Below, in pieces: positions 26,701-40,298 of a stretch of 64,000 nucleotides of DNA (position 1 is its first letter; each line of letters opens with the position of its first letter). Position numbers and translations under genes: made by a program. Below the pieces are notes generated by a model that had not been told where the DNA came from, did no database searches, and saw only the letters and a list, made by a program, of their open reading frames with translations. This stretch comes from Macrostomum hystrix (taxonomy: Eukaryota; Animalia; Platyhelminthes): NCBI GenBank assembly GCA_950097015.1, contig CATNEN010000031.1, forward strand, positions 1,364,001-1,428,000. The letters run 5' to 3'.

Positions 26701-27249
26701 CTAAAATGAAGCTTTGCTTAATATGAGACTATGAAAGCTTATAGTGCTGCGAAATCCTACATGTAAATACTTTTATCTGCTTCAAAATCTACAAATTTCT
26801 ACAAATGAAATATTTGCTATCTATATAAACCAATTTCTTAACTTTTAGTTGCTGATTACATTTATGATTTTTTACATTCTACACATTGTTTATCCATTTT
26901 CTTTCCTGTATGCAGTCAGCACAACCGTGGCTCCATTTTTGCATAGTAGATTTTGACTCGCTTTAATTGATTTTGCCTAACAAATATTTACTTAACATAT
27001 TTTCTTACTGATTCTCCGTATATATTTCAAAAGATGCTGGTTTTTGTGTGCTCTACAACTGCGGTTTTCGAAAACCTACTTTACAAAATCATGTTAGATG
27101 GCTGTAATTTCATTTTAATTATCACAATATATTGTTTGCCATCTTCAAATGGCTTTTATGCACAAATTGTGAACTTCGCCTTGATTATTTGAATGTTATA
27201 AACAATTTTATGCTATTTAAGCTAGTGCAAAGGTAAAATCTGGTATCAC

Positions 27250-28085
27250 TCCATTATCCGCACATCGCTCCATCATCTGCCATCACTCCATCATCTGCTA
27301 TCATTCCATCATCTGCTATCACTCCATCATCTGCTATCACTCCATCATCTGCTATCATTCCATCATCTGCTATCATTCCATCATCTGCCATCACTCCATC
27401 ATCTGCCATCACTCCATCATCTGCCATCACTCCATCATCTGCCATCACTCCATCATCTGCTATCATTCCATCATCTGCTATCACTCCATCACCTGCTATC
27501 ACTCCATCATCTGCTATCACTCCATTATCTGCTATCATTCCATCATCTGCTATCACTCCATCATCTGCCATCACTCCATCATCTGCCATCACTCCATCAT
27601 CTGCCATCACTCCATCATCTGCACATCGCTCCATCATCTGCACATCGCTCCATCATCTGCACATCACTCCATCATCTGCCATCACTCCATCATCTGCCAT
27701 CACTCCATCATCTGCCATCACTCCATCATCTGCACATCGCTCCATCATCCGCACATCGCTCCATCATCTGCACATCACTCTATTATCTGCCATCACTCCA
27801 TCATCTGCACATCGCTCCATCATCTGCACATCGCTCCATCATCTGCACATCGCTCTATCATCTGCCATCATTCCATCATCTGCACATCGCTCCATCATCT
27901 GCACATCGCTCCACCATCTGCATATCGCTCCACCATCTGCATATCGCTACATCATCTGCACATCGCTCCATCATCTGCACATCGCTACATCATCTGCACA
28001 TCGCTACATCATCTGCACATCGCTCCATCATCTGCATATCGCTCCATCATCTGCACATCGCTCCATCATCTGCACATCACACCAT
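27250..28085. repeat. 18-bp minisatellite (ccatcatctgccatcact and variants), ~46 copies
   Basis: Direct periodicity; intergenic. Confidence 0.95.
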
Positions 28086-28275
28086 TCAATCGTCTGCCAT
28101 TATTGATAAGCATAATCTCTTATTATTTTTCTTTCACTGTTCTGTCGCTATTTATATATTAGCTAATTCGTGTGTAGGCCAAACGCTAAACCTACTTGAA
28201 CCCACCCGATTTCAGTATAGAGGCACTCCAAGGCCATTGACCAAATTAAGCTAAAACTAAAACAACACTAGCGGC

Positions 28276-28911
28276 ATGCGACTGCTAAATGAGAAAACTT
28301 TGCAGAAGCTTTGCAAAAAGCGTCGCTGCAGTCGCGAAGGCTACCTGCGTATGCGTCGAGTGCCAGCCAATAGTGCGAGCGGGGGCGGTGGCAGCGAGAA
28401 GCGTCACTACTTTCGACTGTGCGGCAATTTTCTCTACTATTTGGATAAGCCGCAGGATGACTCGCCAGTTGGCCTGCTAATCCTGGCCGGCCACATGGTT
28501 GAGCCATCTGATAATCGAGAGCACGCGTCTACATTCTGCCTATCCTATCAGGACTCGGCATTTGTCTATCATTTGACAGCTTCCTCCGCTGAGGAGGCCG
28601 CACTGTGGATGCACGCCATTATTGGCGCTGCTCACGAGTGCGCATTGTCTATGGCCGACACCCTGCGAGAGCAGCTTCGCTCCATCACTCTGGTCGACGA
28701 AGGCTCTACGCGCAATCCAGAAGGTGCCAGCTTAAGCTCATTGTCCAAGGTTCTGTTGGCTAACGGTAATAACCAGGTGCAACAGCTGAGTAGCGACCCT
28801 ATTGGCTGCGGCGGCGAGTCCAGTTTTATTGGTTCGTCTAAGGAATTTTCAGCTTTGTTGGATCAACGCCTGGATGCCGTCTACCAGCTGATGCTGGCGC
28901 ACACTGCCTAG
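28276..28911 (+). CDS. PHETA: PH-domain protein, Sesquipedalian/PHETA (FAM109)-like, single coding exon, 211 aa
   Basis: MRLLNEK start resembles MKLNE; PH domain EGYLRMR..RHYFRLCGNFLYYLDKPQDDSPVGLLIL..HLTASSAEEAALWMHAIIGA followed by a coiled coil (MADTLREQL). This is the recalled Ses1/Ses2 layout. Confidence 0.82.
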   Translation: MRLLNEKTLQKLCKKRRCSREGYLRMRRVPANSASGGGGSEKRHYFRLCGNFLYYLDKPQDDSPVGLLILAGHMVEPSDNREHASTFCLSYQDSAFVYHLTASSAEEAALWMHAIIGAAHECALSMADTLREQLRSITLVDEGSTRNPEGASLSSLSKVLLANGNNQVQQLSSDPIGCGGESSFIGSSKEFSALLDQRLDAVYQLMLAHTA

Positions 28912-28969
28912 TGTGGGGGATCCCACTTGTCACTATTCAGGTCGTTTCTTCGTGTCCTACTTGTCTATC

Positions 28970-29735
28970 CCATTGTCTAACATCATTCTATTCCTTTGTC
29001 TAACATCATTCTATTCCTTTGTCTAACATCATTCTATTCCCTTGTCTATCATCATTCTATTCCCTTGTCTATTATCATTCTATTCCCTTGTCTATCTTCA
29101 TTCTATTCCTTTGTCTATCATCATTCTATTGCCTTGTCTATCATCATTCTATCCCTTTGTCTATCATCATTCTATCCCTTTTTCTATCATTATTCTATTC
29201 CATTGTCTATCATCATTCTATTCCTTTATCTATCATCATTCTATTCCTCTGTCTATCATCATTCTATTCCTTTGTCTATCATCATTCTATCCCTTTGTCT
29301 ATCATCATTCTATTCCTTTGTCTATCATCATTCTATTCCTTGTCTATCATCATTATATTTCCTTTTCTATCATCATTCTATTCCTTTGTCTATCATCATT
29401 CTATTCCTTTGTCTATCATCATTCTATTCCTTGTCTATCATCATTATATTTCCTTTTCTATCATCATTCTATTCCTTTGTCTATCATCATTCTATTCCTT
29501 TGTCTATCATCATTCTATCCCCTTGTCTATCATCATTATATTTCCTTTTCTATCATCATTCTATTCCTTTGTCTATCATCATTCTATCCCCTTGTCTATC
29601 ATCATTCTATTCCTTTGTCTATCATCATTCTATTCCTTTGTCTATCATCATTCTATTCCTTGTCTATCATCATTATATTTCCTTTTCTATCATCATTCTA
29701 TCCCCTTGTCTATCATCATTCTATCCCCTTGTCTA
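28970..29735. repeat. 23-bp minisatellite (tctatcatcattctattcctttg), ~33 copies
   Basis: Direct periodicity; source of three overlapping spurious ORFs. Confidence 0.95.
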
Positions 29736-30519
29736 TTTTCAATCCGCGATAGATCCCAGATTATCATCCCCTTATCTACCAGCCTTCATCAACTTAACTC
29801 GATAAAAAATGGTTTAGATGCGTCCATGGTGACAATATAAATATCATTGTAAACTGTTTTACCCATTGCTTTTCTGGCCTTTCTATATTCTACATGGATT
29901 CTATATGGATAGGGACAGTAAAGAATAATTTAGTATATCTAGAAACAACTCAAAACTCATATCCATGCAAAAATGCGATTCATTATGTAAGTAATTGGAT
30001 TAAAAATATTATTAAATATTGTCAGGTGTGCCAAAATTGATTAATCTGTGATGTATTAGATATGCATATTGAGTGTTCAGAGTTCAAGAATCACATAGGT
30101 AAACTGTGCCTAATATAATTATTATAGATTATTATCTTACATAAACAGCTGTCTTAGCAACTGTTTAAAAGCGGCTGATCTTAACTGTTCTTGTTAAACT
30201 TAACATACGAGCTTATCATTGCAGCATTACCCTTGTGTTCTTGCGCAGTAATAATGACAGTTTCGTTTTGCTCCTGAAATGTTAAAAGTTGTACATCTTG
30301 CGAGCTGTTATTTTATTTTTTAATTTTAATTAGCTGGAACTTTAGCTGTTTTTTTAATTTGCTGTAAGTAAATTACAATGGACGAATGCCTTCGATGCCT
30401 TCGACAGGACAAAGGCCTTAGATTTTTTATAGATTTTTCCGATCTTTATTTATTTGCAGAGACAATAATTAATCAAATTTTCTAACAAATTTCTCTCCCA
30501 AATATGGGAACTTTTCTCG

Positions 30520-30850
30520 ATCCCAGTTATGAGCACTCTCTGATTCCAGTTATGAGCAATCTGATTCCAGTTATGAGCAATCTGATTCCAGTTTTGAGCA
30601 CTCTTTGTGATCCCAGTTATGAGCACTCTCTGATTCCAGTTATGAGCACTTTGATTCTAGTTTTGAGCACTCTCTATGATCCCAGTTATGAGCACTCTCT
30701 GATTCCACTTATGAGTACTCTGATTCCTGTTTTGAGCACTCTCTGTGATCCCAGTTATGAGCACTCTCTGATTCCAGTTATGAGCACTCTGATTCCAGTT
30801 ATGAGCACTCTCGATCACAATTATGAGCACTCTGTGATCCCAGTTATGAG
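30520..30850. repeat. 21-23-bp minisatellite (ccagttatgagcactctgatt), ~15 copies
   Basis: Direct periodicity; ends ~50 nt before the acceptor at 30901-30902. Confidence 0.9.
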
Positions 30851-30902
30851 TTGTGCCTGCTATATTCAAGCATGCAAATCGATTCGGTAATTTTTTTTCT
30901 AG

Positions 30903-33900
30903 GCTGCCCAGGCGCAACAACCAAATAAAGATGGCAGCAGTATTGCCAGCGACGCCAACTGCGGCGGTAACGGCAGCGGCGTCGGCGGAGGAGGCTGCGG
31001 AGAATTCGCCGCTGAGTTGGCCGCCGTTCGAAGCTGGCGCTCCGGCGCCGGCTACCAATCCGACGATGACGAATTGGAGTCGCGCACGCCGGACGAAGCC
31101 GAGAGCGCCGCCGATTGGCTGGAGCAGACAGGCTCGCCTCTCCTAGCCGATATTGCGCGCCGATTGCTTCAGCAACAGTCGTCATCTTCGTCGTCGCCAG
31201 TTTCAATTGGCTCATCAGCGTCGACGATCGGCGAGGGCGACAGCGCCGGCGCCGCAGTCTCGGATTCAACGCTGGACGCACAGTATCAGCGAATGAGCAG
31301 GAAGCAGCTGAATGCCGTTATGAAGCGTATCGCCACTTTGAAGGCAAAACGCGGCCTGACATCTCGGCAGGATGTTCGACAGTTGTTCAGCGACGCTGGC
31401 ATTGTCGGCGGCGGAGCTGGAGCCGGTGGAGGAGGCGGCGGCGAAGCGGACACAGGCTCCGAGGATACGGGTGACTCTGAAGACGACCTGCTGCAGATGA
31501 CGGGCGGGCGAACGAATGCTGCTTCAGGGCAGTCTCAGGCGGAGGTACCAACTGGCACTGTCCTTCAAGATTCTCTGTTTGTCATACTCTGAAATAATCC
31601 GTTTTTTACCCCTCCGAACTTAAGTCCCGTCATTCCAAAGTCCTCAGATTCTCGTACCAAAGTCCCAAGTATCCCCAATACTCCGATTCTAGTCCTCTAC
31701 CGTCCAAAATCCCTTTTCCTTATTATTGTACATTATCCCAAATCCCCAGATAGTTGTGCCATTATCGTAAATCCTCAGATAGTTGTACTATTATCCCTAA
31801 TCCCCCGATAGTTATGCCATTATCCCAAATCCCCAGATAGTTATGCCATCATACCGAATCCTCAGATAGTTGTACCATTATCCCAAATTCTCAGCTTCCA
31901 TTTCCCATCATTCCAACAACTACTAGATTTAAACTCCCGTCATACTCCAGTTTCATTTGGCTCTGATCCTAAATATTTTGCCTCTAAACGGCTACCCATT
32001 TTCGAAGAATCATATTTAGAACATTCGCGACCGTTTGAATTTCTCAGACCCCAGCGGCTATCAGCAGCGGTGTTGGCGGCTCCACTCCGGTGTCCACCTC
32101 GGGCCTGGAGCACTACCCCACATTCGTCCTGCCCAACAATCGCCTTGGCAACGCCAGCATTTTCGATTTCAGCGAGCCAGATCGGCAACAGATTCGGTCG
32201 CTGGCCCACCTGGAACTCGCAGCCCTGTTCGACAAGTACGAATGCGATCCGGCATTCAGGAAGCCGCCATCGTCTCGCAGCGGCGCCCGCCAGGCGTCCT
32301 CGTCTAGACGCTCCGCCACCGGCTGCTTCGGCGTGCCCCTGGACCAGCTGGTAGCCAAGGAGGCCGGCGGAGGCAGCGGTGGCGATGGAGTTCCGCAGCT
32401 GGTCCGCTGGCTGGTCAGCCAGCTGGAGCTCCCCGAAGCCCTGCGCACCGAGGGCCTGTTCCGCGTGCCCGGCTCTCTGCAGCGCATCCGGCAGGCCAGG
32501 GAGCGCGCCGAAACCGGCGGAGTCAAGGCTCTGGCCGCCGCGGCGTCGGCGACGTCGGCTGCGCCTGCCGACTGGCACGATCTGGCCGGATTGTTAAAGG
32601 CCTTCCTGCGCGAACTTCCAGAGCCGTTGACTTCCACAGCTTATGCTGATTTCTATTTGAAACTGCGCTGCATTGAACACGACATGGATCGGCTGTTGGG
32701 ATTAAACCTGTTGGTTCTACTGCTGCCTACCTGCAACTGCAGCACCCTGCGCGTGCTTGTGGATCTGTTTGCTAGGGTGCGGCCCTTGTTACGAGTATAT
32801 ATCAAATCCCATTATGATGAGTTTTATTCTCAGAATCCCATTATGATGAGTTTTATTCTCAGAATCCCATTATGGTCTATTTGATTCTCAGAATCTCATT
32901 ATGATGAGTTTGATTCTCAGAATCCCATTATGATGAGTTTGATTCTCAGAATCCAATTATGATGAGTTTGATTCTCAGAATCCCATTATGATGAGTTTGA
33001 TTCTCAGAATCCCATTATGATGAGTTTGATTCTCAGAATCCAATTATGATGAGTTTGATTCTCAGAATCCCATTATGATGAGTTTGATTCTCAGAATCCC
33101 ATTATGATAAGTTTGATTCTCAGAATCTCATTTGATCAATTTCATTCTCAGAATTGCATTGATCCCATTGTTACTTTTTGTTTAGTTCGATTCTCAAAAT
33201 CCCTTTCCATGACCTCAAAGGTGGTGGAGCAGCACAAGCACAATCGCATGAACCTGAAGGCCGTGGCCACAGTGATGGCGCCGAATCTTTTCGCCGTGCA
33301 ATCGTCCAAGAAGGCGCAACGCGAGGGCGCCAACCTGCTGGCGGAGACTGGAAATCTCATTGGCCTAGTTGAGATGCTAATCAAATATCGCACCATTGTG
33401 TGGAGTGTGCCAGAGTTTCTTATTAACCAGCTAAGAAAGCCGCCGCTGCAGTCGCGCGGCAATCACCTGCTGGGCATTCAACTGGGCGGCATCGGTGGAG
33501 GCGGACTCGGCGGCGGTGGCAGCGGGGCCAGCAGCGCGAAGAAAGCGGCTAAACTGTTGCGCAAGCAGGCTGCTGCTGCGGCAGCCAAAACTCCGGGGCC
33601 AATGGCTGGCATTGTTGATAGTCCGGTGTTTAATAGCTCGTCTGCTTTGTCCTCCTCAGCCTTGCAAAGTCAACAACAGGTAAAAATTTACATGTCCATA
33701 GTGAGCAGTTAAAAATCGCTGGTCATAAAACCCCGGATTGGTTAGTTTAAAATAACCCATCGGCTTAGAATATAAAACGAATCCCCAGACTTGAAAAAAT
33801 TAACGGAATCCATTAGCTTAGGGAAGTTCAGGGAATCCATTGGCTTGGGAAAGTTCAGGGAATCCCCAGGCTTGTTGGGTGTTCGCAGAATGCCATGCTT

Positions 33901-34319
33901 GGGAAGACTAAAGAAATTTAGGCGTGAGATCCCGGAGGTTATGCCCCGCCCCGACTTGGTAAGTTAAGGGAGTCCTTGAGTTACCCTTTCGTAAATCTTA
34001 ATTTTCGAATCTTGCTAATAAACGATGTACTTTTACCATGCAATAAATGAAAGTTGCACATAGCTAAAAGTCCATTCTCCCCAACGCCCAATCGCAGGTG
34101 AACATCAGCGTGCACCAGACCAGTCTGGGTCGCAGCCAGCAGGTAACAATCTGGCCCGCAACGACCGCTGCTGAGGTGCTGCACAAGCTGGGCTGCGATC
34201 CGGCCACTGCTTCCCTGTACGAGGTTGGCGGGAACATCAATGAACGCCGGTTACCTGGCAACACTCAAGTGTACTACCTGCTCAGAGTAAATCCAACTTG
34301 CACCTGGGCTGTTAAATAG
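30903..34319 (+). CDS. ARHGAP18: Rho GTPase-activating protein, ARHGAP18/28/40 (Conundrum)-like; start codon unresolved
   Basis: Phase-0 exons 30903-31544, 32048-32776, 33221-33679, 34098-34319. Motifs: DEAESAADWLEQTG, KQLNAVMKRIATL..DVRQLF, QQIRSLAHLELAALFD, FGVPLDQL, arginine finger EGLFRVPG, DLAGLLKAFLRELPEPL, NRMNLKAVATVMAPNLF, C-terminal LYEVGGNINERRL..NPTCTWAVK. Confidence 0.9.
31735..31890. repeat. Degenerate ~29-bp tandem repeat (ccaaatccccagatagttatgccattatc), ~5 copies
   Basis: Recurring cagatagtt..ccattat motif in a RhoGAP intron. Confidence 0.7.
32805..33130. repeat. 29-bp minisatellite (attatgatgagtttgattctcagaatccc), ~11 copies
   Basis: Direct periodicity; intronic. Confidence 0.95.
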
Positions 34320-34519
34320 TTCGTTTGTTTATCAGGATATAGCTTTTTTACGAAAGATACTGGTCCTCAAAAGCCCCTGAAAATCGTCCCAAAAATAATC
34401 GTCACAACTCTCGAAATATTAACAAATTGCTCTAAAGCATTTAGAATCGTACCAAAAAATTAGGAATCGTCCCAAAACCTTAGGAATCGTACAGAAAGAT
34501 TACGAATAGTCCGTAGTAT

Positions 34520-37010
34520 TAAAAATCGTCCCTAAGTATTAAGAATCGACCCTAAGTATTAAAAATCGTCCCTAAGTATTAAGAATCGACCCTAAGTATT
34601 AAGAATCGTCCCTAACTATTAAGAATCATCCCTAAGTATTAAGAATCATCCCTAAGTATTAAGAATCGTCCCTAAGTATTAAGAATCGTCCCTAAGTATT
34701 AAGAATCGTCCCTAACTATTAAGAATCATCCCTAAGTATTAAGAATCATCCCTAAGTATTAAGAATCGTCCCTAAGTATTAAGAATCATCCCTAAGTATT
34801 AAGAATCATCCCTAAGTATTAAGAATCGTCCCTAAGTATTAAGAATCATCCCTAAGTATTAAGAATCGTCCCTAAGTATTAAGAATCGACCCTAAGTATT
34901 AAGAATCGTCCCTAACTATTAAGAATCATCCCTAAGTATTAAGAATCATCCCTAAGTATTAAGAATCGTCCCTAAGTATTAAGAATCGTCCCTAAGTATT
35001 AAGAATCGTCCCTAAGTATTAAGAATCATCCCTAACTATTAAGAATCGTCCCTAAGTATTAAGAATCGACCCTAAGTATTAAGAATCGTCCCTAACTATT
35101 AAGAATCATCCCTAAGTATTAAGAATCATCCCTAAGTATTAAGAATCGTCCCTAAGTATTAAGAATCGTCCCTAAGTATTAAGAATCATCCCTAAGTATT
35201 AAGAATCGTCCCTAACTATTAAGAATCATCCCTAAGTATTAAGAATCATCCCTAAGTATTAAGAATCGTCCCTAAGTATTAAGAATCATCCCTAACTATT
35301 AAGAATCGTCCCTAAGTATTAAGAATCGACCCTAAGTATTAAGAATCGTCCCTAACTATTAAGAATCATCCCTAAGTATTAAGAATCATCCCTAAATATT
35401 AAGAATCGTCCCTAAGTATTAAGAATCGTCCCTAAGTATTAAGAATCGTCCCTAAGTATTAAGAATCATCCCTAACTATTAAGAATCGTCCCTAAGTATT
35501 AAGAATCGACCCTAAGTATTAAGAATCGTCCCTAACTATTAAGAATCATCCCTAAGTATTAAGAATCATCCCTAAGTATTAAGAATCGTCCCTAAGTATT
35601 AAGAATCGTCCCTAAGTATTAAGAATCATCCCTAAGTATTAAGAATCGTCCCTAACTATTAAGAATCATCCCTAAGTATTAAGAATCATCCCTAAGTATT
35701 AAGAATCGTCCCTAAGTATTAAGAATCATCCCTAAGTATTAAGAATCATCCCTAAGTATTAAGAATCGTCCCTAAGTATTAAGAATCATCCCTAAGTATT
35801 AAGAATCGTCCCTAACTATTAAGAATCATCCCTAAGTATTAAGAATCATCCCTAAGTATTAAGAATCGTCCCTAAGTATTAAGAATCATCCCTAAGTATT
35901 AAGAATCATCCCTAAGTATTAAGAATCGTCCCTAAGTATTAAGAATCGTCCCTAAGTATTAAGAATCGTCCCTAACTATTAAGAATCGTCCCTAAGTATT
36001 AAGAATCGTCCCTAACTATTAAGAATCGTCCCTAAGTATTAAGAATCGTCCCTAAGTATTAAGAATCATCCCTAAGTATTAAGAATCATCCCTAAGTATT
36101 AAGAATCGTCCCTAAGTATTAAGAATCATCCCTAAGTATTAAGAATCGTCCCTAAGTATTAAGAATCGTCCCTAAGTATTAAGAATCATCCCTAAGTATT
36201 AAGAATCATCCCTAAGTATTAAGAATCGTCCCTAAGTATTAAGAATCGTCCCTAACTATTAAGAATCATCCCTAAGTATTAAGAATCATCCCTAAGTATT
36301 AAGAATCATCCCTAAGTATTAAGAATCATCCCTAACTATTAAGAATCATCCCTAAGTATTAAGAATCATCCCTAAGTATTAAGAATCGTCCCTAAGTATT
36401 AAGAATCGTCCCTAACTATTAAGAATCATCCCTAAGTATTAAGAATCGTCCCTAAGTATTAAGAATCATCCCTAAGTATTAAGAATCATCCCTAAGTATT
36501 AAGAATCATCCCTAAGTATTAAGAATCGTCCCTAACTATTAAGAATCATCCCTAAGTATTAAGAATCATCCCTAAGTATTAAGAATCGTCCCTAAGTATT
36601 AAGAATCGTCCCTAAGTATTAAGAATCATCCCTAAGTATTAAGAATCATCCCTAAGTATTAAGAATCGTCCCTAAGTATTAAGAATCGTCCCTAACTATT
36701 AAGAATCATCCCTAAGTATTAAGAATCATCCCTAAGTATTAAGAATCATCCCTAAGTATTAAGAATCATCCCTAAGTATTAAGAATCATCCCTAAGTATT
36801 AAGAATCATCCCTAAGTATTAAGAATCGTCCCTAAGTATTAAGAATCGTCCCTAAGTATTAAGAATCATCCCTAAGTATTAAGAATCATCCCTAAGTATT
36901 AAGAATCGTCCCTAAGTATTAAGAATCGTCCCTAACTATTAAGAATCATCCCTAAGTATTAAGAATCATCCCTAAGTATTAAGAATCATCCCTAAGTATT
37001 AAGAATCGTT
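34520..37010. repeat. 20-bp minisatellite (cctaagtattaagaatc[g/a]tc), ~124 copies
   Basis: Direct periodicity; starts ~200 nt after the RhoGAP stop. Confidence 0.98.
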
Positions 37011-38339
37011 CCAAATATTTAGAATAGTAACAAAACATTAATAACAGTTTTAAAACACTTATAATCGTCACGAAAAAAATAAATATTGTCTTTCGACATT
37101 AGGAATCGTCGACATTTCGACATTCGACATTAAAAATCAAAGCACTGAATCAGAACCATTGATAGAAAAATGTTAATTTGAGAGTAATTTGAGAATTTCC
37201 GTCTAAGCTACTCTGCAGTAGTAAATGTGGCAATTTAATCCTGTTTACTCTAGTTTTTTTGTCATTAGAACTACTTGTAACTATTTTTGTATTATACCTA
37301 TGGTAGATTTATGCTAGGCTTCCGAGTGCGTAAATAGTCTTGGCACGAGTGCGCGCAGCGGATCAAGTTCGCAATTCTACTTAGTAATATATCCGGTGTT
37401 TATGGCCGCTAGCTCTATATTATTAGAAGGCAATTATTAATTTTTCGATGGCTACTTGTTTTGACTACTTTTGTTTTGTAAGAAAATAACTTTTATAAGC
37501 ATTACCAGCTCACCAGGGTTGACTCATATACTGTTTCTTATTGTTTTATTTTAACTTTAATTTAACTATTGAAAATCTACCTTAACTCGCTGTCCAAAAT
37601 GGTTTTGTCGACATATCAGCGCGAAGGCATTTAGTTTGTTATTTTGATTGCTATAACTATTTTCTATATCGTTGTTTATTGTGCTCACATTTACAATTTC
37701 ACAGACAAACCAACCGTACCAGCTAGTTTGTAAATAGAAATATACTTCCTTGAGGAAAATTGCCAAGTTATTTTTATTGTTCTTTTTGTTACGCTTCCCA
37801 CTGACGACTGCTCACAATCACCTATTTTATTACTGCTATTTATCACTCTGGTGCATATACTCGTAGAGCTGTGTGTATACCATGTCTCATGACTTAGTCA
37901 TAGGTTCAGTGTGTGATCATTAAGAAACAAATACTTAGCAGATCTATGAATTGACCATAGTTAATGTCCATTGGTTTAATCTTTTTCTATTGCACTTATG
38001 CTGTATACTATAGTAAAATAATAAACAAAACTAGCAACTCAACATCATGATAATTTGCCGCATTAAAATTTATTTCCTCTGTCGACAGAAAGCATTCACC
38101 ATGAATTGTAAATTATTGAATATCTTGTCAACGCATACACACATTTTTAAACCATGAATATATAAATATACACTACTGAGTACTTTTAGTTATGCATAAT
38201 ACTATTTCAAAGTAATTTGGCTTCAGTCTCAACTTCTTTCTGTGTATTTTTTAACTTAGTGTAGGCCCATTTCCAAGCTAACTTTTCTAACCCACTTTTT
38301 ATGACATTTTTAAGTCCGAAGCTGCATGAAAAAAGTTCA

Positions 38340-39735
38340 TAAACTGAAGCTTCATGAAACCGACAGTTCGGAAACTGAAGCTTCATGAAACCGACAGTTC
38401 AGAAACTGAAGCTTCATGAAACCGACAGTTCAGAAACTGAAGCTTCATGAAACCGACAGTTCAGAAACTGAAGCTTCATGAAACCGACAGTTCAGAAACT
38501 GAAGCTTCATGAAACCGACAGTTCAGAAACTGAAGCTTCATGAAACCGACAGTTCAGAAACTGAAGCTTCATGAAACCGACAGTTCAGAAACTGAAGCTT
38601 CATGAAACCGACAGTTCAGAAACTGAAGCTTCATGAAACCGACAGTTCGGAAACTGAAGCTTCATGAAACCGACAGTTCAGAAACTGAAGCTTCATGAAA
38701 CCGACAGTTCAGAAACTGAAGCTTCATGAAACCGACAGTTCGGAAACTGAAGCTTCATGAAACCGACAGTTCGGAAACTGAAGCTTCATAAAACCGACAG
38801 TTCGGAAACTGAAGCTTCATGAAACCGACAGTTCGGAAACTGAAGCTTCATGAAACCGACAGTTCAGAAACTGAAGCTTCATGAAACCGACAGTTCGGAA
38901 ACTGAAGCTTCATGAAACCGACAGTTCAGAAACTGAAGCTTCATAAAACCGACAGTTCGGAAACTGAAGCTTCATGAAACCGACAGTTCGGAAACTGAAG
39001 CTTCATGAAACCGACAGTTCGGAAACTGAAGCTTCATAAAACCGACAGTTCGGAAACTGAAGCTTCATGAAACCGACAGTTCGGAAACTGAAGCTTCATG
39101 AAACCGACAGTTCAGAAACTGAAGCTTCATGAAACCGACAGTTCAGAAACTGAAGCTTCATAAAACCGACAGTTCAGAAACTGAAGCTTCATGAAACCGA
39201 CAGTTCAGAAACTGAAGCTTCATGAAACCGACAGTTCAGAAACTGAAGCTTCATGAAACCGACAGTTCGGAAACTGAAGCTTCATGAAACCGACAGTTCA
39301 GAAACTGAAGCTTCATAAAACCGACAGTTCAGAAACTGAAGCTTCATAAAACCGACAGTTCGGAAACTGAAGCTTCATGAAACCGACAGTTCGGAAACTG
39401 AAGCTTCATGAAACCGACAGTTCGGAAACTGAAGCTTCATGAAACCGACAGTTCAGAAAGTGAAGCTTCATAAAACCGACAGTTCGGAAACTGAAGCTTC
39501 ATGAAACCGACAGTTCAGAAACTGAAGCTTCATAAAACCGACAGTTCGGAAACTGAAGCTTCATGAAACCGACAGTTCAGAAACTGAAGCTTCATAAAAC
39601 CGACAGTTCGGAAACTGAAGCTTCATGAAACCGACAGTTCAGAAACTGAAGCTTCATAAAACCGACAGTTCGGAAACTGAAGCTTCATAAAACCGACAGT
39701 TCGGAAACTGAAGCTTCATGAAATGGAAAGTTTAG
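38340..39735. repeat. 31-bp minisatellite (aaactgaagcttcatgaaaccgacagttc[a/g]g), ~45 copies
   Basis: Direct periodicity. Confidence 0.97.
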
Positions 39736-40298
39736 AAACTGAAGTTTTACTTCACTCCAATTTCATAATGCATTAAAGCGTTTTTGGCGAACTGGGTTGT
39801 ATATTTACTGAGATTAATCAGACATTTATTAAGGCTGTATTTACATTAAGGTTTAGGCGAAAGAAATGATTAAGAAATTACAGTCTGGTAAACAGGTTTT
39901 TACAAGTGTCGGGTAGCATCAAACGTATACCATTGTTAGCTGTCCTTATGGGCATTACACGAACACTGTCAGGTCATTTATAGGTTGATCATTCCTGAAA
40001 TGTACTCCATCTAACAACATAATTTACACTCACGAAATAACGAGAATAAGAATGTCTGAATGAAGCTCATTTGAGTCTTGTGTGTACTTTAGTGTGTCTA
40101 GAGCCCGACATTGACATAAGTGAATTATTTACATTGCTTTGAGCTATAGGCTGCAAGTAATTTGGTCATGTTAATTCAGAAACAAAAAACCCGACAAAAA
40201 ATACATTGAGAAGAGGACTTAGGATGTTTGGAACTTAAGCAGAGTTCTTTTCAGAGCACGTGATGCGCCGAGTAGTGAAAAATGCCCATCTCTGCCTC

